Source: Ptychomitrium polyphyllum | Lineage: Eukaryota | Reading direction: 5' to 3' | Assembly: GCA_973851085.1 (NCBI GenBank) | Contig: OZ316776.1 | Coordinates: 9,920,001-9,984,000 of the forward strand | DNA length: 64,000 nucleotides | Part shown: positions 1 to 12,294 of the stretch, piece by piece | Layout: each line of letters starts with the position of its first letter | Numbering within the stretch: the stretch's first letter is position 1 | Notes under the pieces: model-generated | Told to the model about the DNA's origin: nothing | Database searches by the model: none | What the model saw: only the letters and a program-made list of their open reading frames with translations | Translations under genes and position numbers: made by a program

Positions 1-514
1 TTGAGCTTATTATTCATTTCATCAATCAAAAAAGTGTAAAAGAAGACAATCTAAAAACAATACCTAAAAACTTTCAATTTCTTCAATTACTCTCTATAAG
101 ATACCAAGATAATTTGTTCCATTGATTCCTTTCCATGATAGTTTCACATTAGGATTATCAAAGTTTTTATAAGTCTCACTTTTGTTTTTTTTTGTATGTT
201 TTGACTATATGTAAGAGTAATTGCATTTAGCATGTAATATCAATTTGTTTATTTTGAAAATAACATACAAAAGATGTATTATGTCATGTCAAATATATTA
301 ATCTTGGCACATAGTAAGAATAAACAAAAAAACATTGTAAAAACATATCTTGTTAAATTTTTATTGGCCTACCAATTATTATATCATATTCTCTATTTTG
401 AACGATCTTTTAAGCTTTTAAATTCAATATAGATGTTTTGATAGTAATGAATTTTTAAAGTATAAAAATTAAATAATAACTTTATCTTTGAATACAAATA
501 TGTTGACTATGCAT

Positions 515-1047
515 TGAGGTGTAAATTGTTGAAGAATAATTGTCAACATCAACTACCACATAATTCCAATTCCTTTGTAACACAAAATATTCTTAATTGT
601 TATGTATATCTAAAATTACAAACTCTACATCTATAATTCCATAATTTTACATAAATTCCATAACACTTCATAAATTCCACAATACTTTTTTTTTATAAAA
701 TACAAGGTTGGCAAATGATTCTCAAGTCCTTGTGCATTTGGCCAAAACCTCCTTATATTGGAAAACTCATGAAGAGTTTTCCAATACTATTCCCATTATT
801 CTATTATATTTTTAATACAAAGTCATGTAAACTTATTTTAAGATTTGTCACTGAGTGGATTTTAACTTCCTTGCCTACTATAAGTTAAGGCTTTTATACA
901 AGCATCTTCAAAGCTACAAGTATCTTTGCAGCAACAAGTAAATTCAACTTTATGTTGTCTTATATTAGATGAATTAAGTTAGCTCATTAATTCAAGTGGC
1001 TCAAAGATGGTTCATTTGTTTGGGTCCTTCAAAAATTAATAACTCAT
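515..1047. repeat. Left terminal repeat of the 515-7173 element (reverse complement of the right repeat)
   Basis: 515-574 matches the reverse complement of 7114-7173 at 57/60 positions. Clear similarity continues to ~1047 versus ~6175, and weaker similarity to ~1090. Confidence 0.93.
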
Positions 1048-4000
1048 ATGTTCTCGAGCTAACACTCATATATTTTAGTGCTAACATATCCCTAGACTTA
1101 ATCTAAATTCCGCCCTTGGAATTAGAAAGATTGCGCATGAATACTTCATGATCAACATAGACCTTCTTCAAATTGTCATGATTCATCTTTTTTGAATAAG
1201 GAAAACCATCTAAATTTCTCAAATTTTATGTGCTATTAACTTCAAATACCTTAATGATTTGATATGGATCAAATCTTTTATGGCAAAAGCTTCTTATAAG
1301 TTTGATTGAAATGCTTTGAATCATAAACCATCACCAAATCTCTTTTATGAAAAATCTTGGCTTATTTTTGAATTTGTTTATTCCAAGCCTTCTTCATTTT
1401 GGCTTGAGCAACTTCAATAGCTTGTAGTTCTCATAATTGCAATTCATCAAGCTCATTTAACTGGACCAACCATTTTTTTTTAGATTTGTCCAAATCCATC
1501 CTCAACTGTATCGTTGTTTGCAAGGTCATAATTTCAAAATCAATTGGTAATACTGCCTCCAATCCATAAGCCAATGTAAATGATGAATGCCCAATTGCAG
1601 TCTTGAATGTGACATTATAAACCCACATTGTATGATGTGTCTTTAAATCCCAATCATAAACGTCCACCCTTGTTTCAACCTTTTTTGCAAGTATAGAACA
1701 CAATGTCTTGTTGTTTTTCTCAATAGTTCCATTAGAACTTGGCTTATATGTTGTTGTAAAGCGATGCTTAATATCTAAATATTCCACCATATTTTTCACT
1801 ACATTGCTTATAAATTGAGGTCCTTGATTAGAGTACGATTTCAATGGTACTCCAAAATGTATAGCAATTCTTTCTTATATAAACCTTGCAACTTATTTCT
1901 TAACTAAAGTTTTGAATATTTGCACCTGTGCAAATTTAATCAAATAATCTATTGCAACAACAATGAATCAAACTCTTTGTTTTGTAAATAACAAAAATTC
2001 CATCAAATCAATTTTTTATTTTTTAATGGTTCCAATAGAGAAATTAGATGCAACTCACTGCTAATTGTTGACTTATTAGCATAAACTTGACACACTTCCC
2101 ATTTCTTACAATGGACATAAACAACCTTGAATAAAGTTGGCCAATAATATCCTTTAATTAATATATTCTCTAGAGTGATGCGCCTGTAAAATATCTTCCA
2201 CAAAACCCTTCATGAAATTCATATAAGAATTTTGACACTTCTTTTTAATCCACTGCACGTCGTAAAATTCCATTATTTCTACAAAAATACACCAAATTGC
2301 CAACCAATATATAAGATTGACTTTTGCGTATAATCTGGTCCTTCATCTGCTTTGTAGCATCTTTGGAGAATTTTACTTCATTCAAAAATTATATAATATA
2401 TTTGTATTCTTCTAGTTGTTCTTATACATTAATTATCATCAAATCTGGAAAGTCATCACCTACTAATATTTCTCCCAGCTTTGTGTTGATTTGTAATAAA
2501 AAATTTGCATTAACATAATTGACACTTGTCATGTGCTTGATCTCAACATTAAATTCTTGCATCAATATTATCCATTGAAATTTTTTTATTGTAGCATTGG
2601 ATTTATTGATAAAATAACTCAACGCTTGATGATCTGTCTTGATAGTAGCTTTATTTTCCAATAAATAATGACAGAATTTCCTCAAGGCAATAACAGCCAA
2701 TCCTTCTTTCTCTGTGGCTATATAATTCCTTTCAGTTGATGTCAATTGCCTACTTGCATAATAAATTGCATGATCCTGACCTTCATCAGCCAATTGTGAT
2801 AGTGTAGCATTTACACCTTCTCCAAAAACATTAGTGTATACAATAAATGATTGTGTCCAATTTGGAGGCTTCACAATAGGAGCTTTTTAAAACTTTTCTT
2901 TCAATGTTTCAAAAGCTTTCACAACTTCAAGTGTCTTTTTAGGTATTGCTGCATCATCTTTCAAAAACTTAATCAAAGGTTTAGAAATTATAACATACAT
3001 TAAAATATTATGCTAATAATAACCAGTGATTTCCAAAAAAAGCCTTATTACTTGTTTAGTCTAGGAAAATAATATCATTTTAATGGCTTTAGTTTTTGCT
3101 GGATTAGTTGCAATTCCATCTTTAAATATAATATATCCAACTATTCTTCCTAATAGAAACGATACATTGATCTTCCCAGCACTTAATATTATTTAAGCAG
3201 TTAAGCCTTTGAAAGGTCTTTTCCAACTTCTCTAGGTGTTCCGTTCAACTTCTATAAACACCAAAAACATTCATGAAGACTCTCTCAAAGACACCAATGT
3301 AAGGTTCTTACACCTTGTTTATAACTCTTTGAAATGTTTCTGGAGCTTTGCATAATCCAAATGGCATAACAATATAATAAAAAGTACCCAATTGTAAAGT
3401 AAATGTTGTCTTAAGTTGATCTTCAACTGCAATTTTTACTTGATGGTAACTACTATATCCATTGCAAATGTATACATGTTATGTCCAACCACCTCCTCTA
3501 ATATTTCATTGCAAAATGATATAGGATAGTTATCTTTTTTGGTAGCTACATTAAGTTACTTGTAATCAATGCACATCTTTGCTTCCAATTTTTCTTTGGT
3601 ACCAAAGTAATTGATGATACCCATTCAAAAATTTTCACTAGTTTCATAAAACCTGCTTCCAACAACTTATCCAGCTCTCCTTTCACAATAGCCATGTAGT
3701 TGGAATTCATATGATAAGGCTTTTGCTTTACAAGTTTGGCATCCAAAAGTAATTCAATCTTGTCAACTTCTATGTTCACATCCCGTAAATCTTTGTAACT
3801 GAATGCAAAAAGATGCATTCATCATGCCCCACAGAAGATAATTCATTTCCTATCTAAATTTGAGAAATTCTTGCTTTAATTTCTGCTTCAATCAAAATAA
3901 AAGTTTTTTCAGCCCCATCTATGATCTTAGCTTTATCTGCACCTTCATCAATAAACACTTATTCATTTTCTGATTTAACTTCCATTGCATAGATTTCCAT

Positions 4001-6174
4001 AACATTTATTTCTATTTCATCTGATAAATCATCTGTATAAATGCCCTCTATTTCTGAAGTATTTGCTTCAGATGAATGGAAGTTTGATTCATCATTGCTC
4101 AGTGTTCCTCCTCCCAAAAGTGTAAGTGATAACTTTTTTCTATTAGAACTCTTCTCAATGGTCATATATCCTTTATCCTAGTAATTTCTAATATATGGCT
4201 TTGTAAGCTAGAATCTTCCAAGTATCATTGGATAGACTCCATCGTCCTTTGCTACCACATAAAAATCTACCTGTATAGCTACTCCAAGCATACTAACAAC
4301 TACATTCATCACATCATCCACAAGTTTACAAATCTACTTGTTTGCCATTTTCAATGTAATACAAGACAATTTGTCAATATTTAGTCCCAAGTATTTCATG
4401 GCTAGACTTATCATAACATTCACTTTTGTTCCTCCATCTACTAAACTCCTTTCAACATTGTAGCATTACAATATACATCAATAATAGGATCGTATTTTTG
4501 TTGGACTATAATGGCTTGTACAACTTTAGGAATAGTAGAAGCATTTTTTGCAAACAATCCCTTCCTGGATTCTATTTTGGCAAAAGGTACCATAGCTACT
4601 AATTGCCCAATTGTAATATTAGCTTTTTTTGAACTTACATCCTTTAAAACAAAATAAATACCTTGACTCTTGGATATATCAAAATCTTGAAATCCTAACC
4701 TTGATCTTCTTGTCTTCTTCTTCTCACAAGCCATCTCTTGCAACTTTTTCATAGATGATGATGGTCCTTCCTTTCTTTCAGCTAGCCTTTTTTGTGCCAT
4801 AACGTCTATCTTTATATGCAAAAAGCCTTCATTTCACATAAAGGCCTTATTTCTATGACTGGACTGCATTTCAATGAGGTTTATTTGTCATTTTCCCTTC
4901 ATATCTCTCTTACTTGAAAAAACTCTTTCATTTGCATCTTTGAGACAATTTCTTCAATAATATGCATGCTCTTTGCAGTTGTATTATTGAATATGCAATA
5001 AATCCCGAGCACAACTATAATTCTTCTTTTGTGGTTGAAGCATATGTACATTCAATTCACTCATTTGTTTAACAAGAAATTTCATGGCTGATTCAATCTT
5101 ACTTGGCACTTTTGATGGCTTTATTACCGTTGCTTGGGTAGCAATCAATTCTAAAAATTGAATAATCACCTGCTGCTCTACACTTGATCTTAGAACAATC
5201 TCCATGCTTTTTTCCTTTCTTTTAGCAATGCGTATAGCTATTGTAAAAGTTTTAGCTGCTTCATAGGTTACTTGTTGCTTAATCTTTGACAACAATTTAA
5301 TCACATAGTATTTTAACATCCATGAATCAAGACCTGTAAATACTGGAGCATTTTTTTCATATGCTTGCATCCTCATAATTTTAGCAATCTTTGTAGCCAA
5401 ACCTTGAACCCTCTCTGTATACTCCTTCACCTTTTCTAAAGTTTCTTGCTTCACTTGGCTCAAGTCACAAATCAAAGTTTCATAGACATAGACATATGCC
5501 TTGCTATATTTTTAAATCAATGCTATACTCATAAGCGCCCATGATTCCTTCTCCTCTGTGATTTGTTTTTCATACCATTAATGAACTCTTTCCTCTAATA
5601 ATTCTAAAAGAAAAGTTGCCTTCATCTTTGTTATTATACTTCCAATATTAATATATTTTTTTTATGTTCTTTTTAAAAAACTTCAAGATCCTCATCTTTC
5701 GTGCCATTAAAATTGGTATAGATATCATTTTGTCACCTTACAATACTTTATTTTTATTTTATCTTTTCTTCTTATACAAATCTAGATATTATTACTTTCT
5801 TGTAATAACTCTCAAATTCCTAGAGCTATATTAATCACAAATTACATTATCTTTTCTATACTCACATATTTTAAAGCTCTAAAGGTATTTAAAGTTGCTT
5901 TTACTCGTATTTGAAATTCATACATAATCCTAACATCCACATGTTCATTATCAAAAGTTCCACCTAAAACAATTATATCTTGGTTATTTCTATTTTGTTC
6001 AACCTTTAATCATATAACACTATCCAAAATATCCTCACTTTTTCCACCAATTCTAAAAGGTTCTTTTGGATTAATTTCTCTCTTCTAATGTGCATTTATT
6101 TTTGGATGTATAAGTGGACTTGGTAGCTCCAATATTATTGGTTCCAATACATATGACTGTTAATTGTAGAATAA

Positions 6175-7173
6175 ATGAACTATTAACTCTTGAAGGACCC
6201 AAATAAATGAACCATCTTTGAGCCACTTGAATTAATGAGCTCACGTAGGTCATCTAATAAGACAATATAAAGTTGGATTTACTTGTAGCTGCAAAGATAC
6301 TTGTATAAAAACCTTAACTTATAGTAGGCAAGGAGGTTAAAATCCACTTGGTGACAAATCTTAAAATAAGTTTAATTGATTTTGTATTAGAAATATAATA
6401 GAATAATGGGAAGAGTGTTCAAAAACTCTTCATGAGTTCTAGTATATAAGGAAGTCCTGGCCAAATGTGTTAAGGACATAAAAAACAAAAAGTCGAAACG
6501 AAGTGTTGCCCAAGAATTCATTTCGAAAGAGCTAATGATTAACAAGAATTTGATACAAAGACTAGTACAAGGCAAGATACAATATGATCCACAACTTGTG
6601 TTGGCAAGACTAAGGAATACCTTGTCTTGCCTCCTATTTATACTATGACGCATGTATCTCTTAGAATACTTCTAAAGAAGCTTCCTAGAAGGCTTAAGAA
6701 TGTTTTAGAAGTCTATGGAACCTTTTCAAGAAGTTTTCTAAGATATTGGTATTGGAATCTTTCTATAAAGTCTCCTGAGATGATGGAACCTTCTTATGAA
6801 GTTTCATGAGGTGGTGGAACTTTCCTAGGAAATTTCCTAAGAACAAAGAAACGGCTATGAAGACATTTGAAAGTATTCTAAGAAGCCACTATAATATACC
6901 AAAAGGTTTTAGAAGGTTCTAGAAGGTTGTAAAGACAATGTTGCATAATCTATGTCCGTGACAAATGCACAAGGATTTGAGAATCATTTGCCAACCTTGT
7001 GTTTTATAAAGAAGAGAGTGTTGTGGAATTTATGAAGTATGATGGAATTATAGATGTAGAGTTTGTAATTTTAAATTACAATATATAAAGGTTGAGAGTA
7101 TTTTGTATTACAAAGAAATTGGAGTTATGTGGTAGTTGATGTTGACAATTATTCTTCAACAATTTATACCTCA
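6175..7173. repeat. Right terminal repeat (inverted), interrupted by a solo LTR at 6468-6963
   Basis: 6175-6467 plus 6964-7173 is the reverse complement of ~515-1047. Example: TGAAGGACCCAAATAAATGAACCATCTTTGAGCCACTTGAATTAATGAGC versus left GCTCATTAATTCAAGTGGCTCAAAGATGGTTCATTTGTTTGGGTCCTTCA. Confidence 0.92.
6468..6963 (-). mobile_element. Solo LTR of the chromovirus family seen at 37645-44005, nested in the right terminal repeat
   Basis: TGTTAAGGACA...TGTCCGTGACA termini and colinear similarity to 43530-44005. AATG is duplicated on both sides (6464-6467 and 6964-6967). The empty site is preserved in the left repeat (reverse complement GGCCAAATGCAC). Confidence 0.92.
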
Positions 7174-8256
7174 ATGGATTTTCAATGTCTTGATATAAAT
7201 TGCATCTCTTGTTCCCTAAAAAAAATATTTGTATACGCATCTCTTAATTGAATTTGCTTCTTATTGTTATGGCCTCCACCTTTATTTGTTCAAACGTTTA
7301 GAATCTGCCTGCAAGCTCACCAAGCCCACTTTGGTATTCAACATTAGCAAAAATTATTTTGGAACTCTTCCATCATCTTAAAGAATAAAGCTTAAAGTTC
7401 TTTTATAATTCTTAGTTCTTGTACTTTCTACCTACAATATTGATAGTAGAACTATATTTATTCTTTATTTTTCAAAGAAGCCTAACGTACCATGTTATGT
7501 TTAAATTCTTGATTCTTTTTGAAATTTCCCAACACCTCTGAAGGAAAAAATCATGTTATAAGTGAATCTATTTAGAAATTTTGCCTAAATAAAAAGTGAG
7601 CAGATGATTTGAACGCGAACTATTATAACATATATGATATTCTTCTATAAGGTTAGCATTTCCTACAAGTTGATATCAAACACATAGTCCATTTAATTAG
7701 AATTCTAGTTCTTAAATTAAAAGGTTAACACTTATTTTTTTAACGTAAAGCTCCAATTGCTTGTTTGTACCCACCAACTATCAAGAGATACAATATCAAT
7801 GAACTCGAATCAAATTTTATATCATTTATATATTAAATTTGAATCATACTTTGGAGGTTTTCAAACCTATTGATCTAAAAATCTAGGCTTTCATTATTAC
7901 AGCCTTGGTTATCACACTTAGAAAAGGCCAAGGTTTTTATTGGCCAGCCAAGGTACTTTTGAATATATGTTGTAACTCTCTTATTGTTCTTAGTATTACA
8001 ATTCATTGGAGAAAGTTTCACAACCACTAATGAGTATTATAATGTGAGTTTCTTGGTGCATTTCAATGAATTCTCTTCATTTCAAATAAATATAATTAAA
8101 AATTAAATGAAACTATATTAAATTACTTTAAATTAAGACTTCAGTATTTAGTTTTTAACAATCTAATTCTTTATCGCTAGATTGGCTATTAATATTTTCT
8201 TTTTGGATTATTTGGCTGTCTATTTCCTATTTTTTCCATATTTTTTTCACCAATAT

Positions 8257-8370
8257 CTATACACACACATATGTACATATGTACATATATATATATATAT
8301 ATATATATGTACATATGTACATATGTACATATATATATATATATATATGTGTAAACATATATACATACAT
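8257..8370. repeat. Compound (TA)n/(TACATA)n microsatellite
   Basis: Runs of ATATAT interleaved with GTACATAT units. Confidence 0.9.
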
Positions 8371-11300
8371 GAGATGGAAATTTTATTTTGGATGAAAATG
8401 TACATACGGATCAAGATAAAGTACAAACATCTATGAAAAATTATTATATGTTGCCTTACTAGCCATAATAAAATATTGATGAAGACTAATGAAGACCAGT
8501 GCCACAATGAGAAAGCCTTCACATCAGCCTGCCAATGCAGCCATAAGCTAATTCCAGTTTGCATGCAAAGGATGCACAATACTTTTTGGTCCTGGGTTTT
8601 GGCATACTGTAGATCAAAGCAATCTCATTGAGCTAAAGGTGTTGGTTCCTTCCATCATTACAAATTAAAAGCTTTGCAACTTTTGGCAGCTTCATCATTA
8701 ACTAAAAGTATTTACTAAACTTTTTACATGCTTGTGTAAACTTTTTATAGATACACCAATTCTTACCATTACTCTAAGTCACAGCTATGATGTATTTGCA
8801 CAAGAACTTTGGTTTTTGAATAAAGTGTCGGTCACAATTATTAAAATTTCTTACAAGGAGAACATCTTCCCATATGCTTTACTACAATAATAGCACAAGG
8901 TCATACTTTCAAAACATGTTATAATAGGTATAATGTAGTCACCATTTAGTATCTATACCAATGTAAACAAAATAATATTCAATTTAAAAATAACCTCTTA
9001 AAAATTCAATGTATGATGTTCATTATTTTAAAAATATATTCTCACACCATGTCAAAAACTCTCTTTCAGAATTAGTATGAACATTGGTATAAAATCTTAC
9101 ATTATTGGGTAGCAATTGGTATTGATGAGACACCATATGCATATTATGAGCATAAATATATATTAATATTTATAATATTGCATTTCCTAAGCATTTAAGG
9201 TCATTTAGATCTTGTCCAATTATTCACAGAATTTTTTTTTATGTGAATGGAAAAATGAGTTGGCTATTTACATAAAAATAATTATTATGGTATAATCTTC
9301 TTCCATGGACCATTTCAGGAATAATCTTAGGATGGCCATTCAAGAGCTTGTTCATAAGAGGAACACTCTTCCATTGAATATTATTTTGATGTCTTCATTT
9401 TTACTTGTGATTTATCTTCTACCTTAAAAACCCATATATTAAGCTAATTGAAGAGGACAAGGTGTGGAACGGCCCACCACTGACACAGGGAAGCCGGTGT
9501 TATTTATTTATTTTTATTATTTGAAATAAAGAAATTTCGGTTTGCATTAAGAAAAAGAAAACACCTTATCCCATTGCAGCATACTCTATGCACTTCTTAG
9601 AACATTCTAGCCTAGTTTGATTGTCTAGCATCTATAATAAATCTCATACCAACCAACCAGTTCAGAATATCATTTATTACATGTGACACATGTCTATAAA
9701 TTTTCAGTAGGTTGTTATGGTACACTTCATCAAGATCGAGAATGACATTTCAAACACAGCAGTACAACTATAACAAAAGAATGTGATTTATACATACTGG
9801 TCTTTTCAAAGTTACTGGCCAGACAAACCTGCACCAACTCCAATTGCACTCCTTATGGTGACACAACCTGACTTGAATAAAAGAAATGACAAAATCTACT
9901 GTGATACTACAGCTTGCTAGCTTGCAAAACCCCGCTCTATGCTGGCTGTATTAGTAGTAAATTTCTTGCATATATAGAAGTTAGTTGTGCAAAAAATTAA
10001 TTAGATTTAGACTAAAATAAAATAAAAATAAAAACCCTACTCTATGTTGTAACCTTCATTGACGAAGCATTTCAATATCAAGCAATCCCATCCTTATCCA
10101 GAACAGTTTAGCACAAGCAAGTCTTTATTGCTTTGTGACAAACTGGTATAAGACCAAAATGGATTATCAAATGTTGAATTTGATTTTTTTCACAAAAGAC
10201 AATAAACTTACCAATCCATAAATTAACCAAAAAAAAATTAAAGATCAAATTAAGAAATCTAATGGTGATTTGTATTTGATATGGATTTGAAACCGTTTTA
10301 AAGTTTTTTTTAAAGAAAAAGGTGCATAATATGTTGTAGAATTAAAAAGTATCATAACCTTTAACACCACAAAATTATTAATCTAAATAAGCTATGAATT
10401 TGAAATTTGCATGATACAAAAAAGACAATGAATTAATTGTACCTAAAATTTCCAGGTGATTTTCAATGATTTAAGATTTATGTTTTTGTATTTGTAAGGT
10501 AGTTTTAGTGGATTTGCACTTGAAGTTTCATATAAAATTTCTAAATTTTAAAACAACTGTTCAATTATTTGAAAATATGTTGGTGGGTTGCTAATATATA
10601 ATTATCTCTATAATTTTATTTAATTTATAGACCAAAAGATTATAGATTGATATAATTCAAACTCAAATATTACAATTAGTTTTTTTTTTAGCTCGAAAAT
10701 TTGTATTAGGATTTAAAATTTATATTTTATCAATTCTTCTTCAATATTATATATATACTTTCAATAGTTACCGTCTACCATTCCTTAATGATAGCCAACA
10801 AATAAATTGTTATTTTTGGACTTTAAAAAGGTCCTCAAATAGTTAAATATGTAATTCTTTAAAAAATCAAAAATTAAATAAAGGTGCATAATATGTTGTA
10901 GAATTATAGAAAACAAGATTTCATTGACTTTGAATTTAAAATTTTTCAAAAAAAAACTTTATAATTGATTCAATGCTAATGAATGTTAGATCCATTGCAA
11001 CCATAGACATATTATTTGTAAAACAGTAAGGTGACAAGTTGCCCCAATTTGTTGATATGGAAAAATTAATATAAAAATACTACATAGAAGAATGTTTTTG
11101 GAATTATTCCAATGAAAATTATAGATTTTGAATTTTAGATTTTATGCACAAGATTAAATATGTTAATGCTAGCACCAACATTATATTGAGTTATATTTAA
11201 GACAAGATTTAAATTCTTTTTAAACTAATTATAAAAAAACATTAACGTTTTTTGAAAGAATTTTTTAAAAAAAATAAATTGAAACTATGTATAGACATGT

Positions 11301-11875
11301 AATGCTTTCAAAATGAAAAAATTGTATAGCTTGAACCGAAGGTTCTATTTTTGCAAGGTCATTCTAAAACTAAAGCCATTGCAAACTTGCTTTAATTAAT
11401 TTTTTCATATACAATTTGTTGTTTAAATTTTAATGAGGCAAGTATTTTGATGATATTAAATTCAATAATTGATAAAGTAACAACTTGATGATCTATTACC
11501 AAATAATGCTTTAATAATAATAATATTTATGAAGAAAAAGCTTGCTAAAAGACATATAATGCAACAGATCCAAAACATGGTAATTTGAACTACATCAAAT
11601 AATACAACCTTATTAAAAATTTGTTAATATTTATTACTTATGTTTTAAAAATACTATAAATAGAATACAATTGCTAAAAGATATAATAAATTCTTTATTT
11701 GGGTTCTATTGCATTTTACTCATGTGTTATTAAACATTCTTCAAAATTTCCTATATTTTGTAAGTTGGTTCTTTTTAAACAAAAAAATATTATTGATATT
11801 TAATAATAGAAAATAATCAAATAAACTAAAAGAAGCAATGCAAAGATTTTTAAAAAAAAAATTAGAAGTATTTTT

Positions 11876-12294
11876 TGTATTAGGGATATGAAAAACAAGG
11901 AATTAGACAAGAAGTGGTTTCAAGAATTAATGTTTTAAATGCTACCAAATAATTAGAATTGATGCAAGAATTAGAAACACAACAATACTATGGATAATGT
12001 TCAACAACTTGTATTGGCAAGAATGAAGTGTACTTCATGTTGCCTTTTATTTGTATTATATAGCCTATATTTTTTAAGCTACTTTAAAAAAAATTTATAA
12101 CACAATAGAATGTTCTAGCGGTCTACAAAGCCTTCTTCAAAAGTTCCTTAATCTAAAAGAAAGGTTTTTAGAAACTATTAGAAGATGTTTGAAAGTTATT
12201 AGAAGCTATTGGACAATAATAGAAGCTATTAGAAGGTACTTAAAAGTTATCAAAAACTACTAAAATGTTTTTGAAATATATATTATTGGTGTAC
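11876..12294 (-). mobile_element. Old, AT-eroded solo LTR related to the chromovirus LTRs
   Basis: Colinear motifs shared with 6468-6963 and 43530-44005 (AAAAACAAG, CAAGAATTAAT, ACAACTTGTATTGGCAAGA, AGAAG-rich 3' part). Boundaries approximate. Confidence 0.65.

Larger units (their letters stand above)
515..7173 (-). mobile_element. Degenerate Ty3/Gypsy (non-chromovirus, Phygy/Athila-like RT) gag-pol retroelement bounded by long inverted terminal repeats
   Basis: Minus-strand domain order is Gypsy-type. Gag ~4930-6095 (P-FNGTKDED, Retrotrans_gag-like ORF 4984-5475, decayed zinc knuckle YNCKEHAYY*RNC at ~4945-4985); protease V*VDGGTKVNVM at ~4410-4450; RT ~2900-3820 (WVSSITLVPKKN, GYSSYHQV, MPFGLCKAPETFQR); RNase H 2422-2874 (IYYASRQLTSTERNYIATEKEGLAV, KTDHQAL); integrase ~1140-2250 (GYYWPTLFK, SNQGPQF, YKPSSNGTIEKNN). 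Many stops and frameshifts. Ends are TG (515) and CA (7173), flanked by ATGCAT (509-514) and ATGGAT (7174-7179). Confidence 0.93.

Noticed and set aside
515..7173. DIRS, Ginger or Polinton assignment for the inverted-repeat element
   Set aside because: No tyrosine recombinase seen and a DDE integrase plus protease are present (not DIRS); RT, RNase H and Gag are present (not Ginger); no PolB, ATPase or capsid (not Polinton).
8182..8579. 84-aa and 110-aa ORFs rich in Y/I/H
   Set aside because: Largely translations of the TA microsatellite.
10316..10907. ~30-bp direct repeat AAAGGTGCATAATATGTTGTAGAATTA about 560 bp apart
   Set aside because: Only two copies in AT-rich eroded repeat DNA; not an array and no element boundaries visible.
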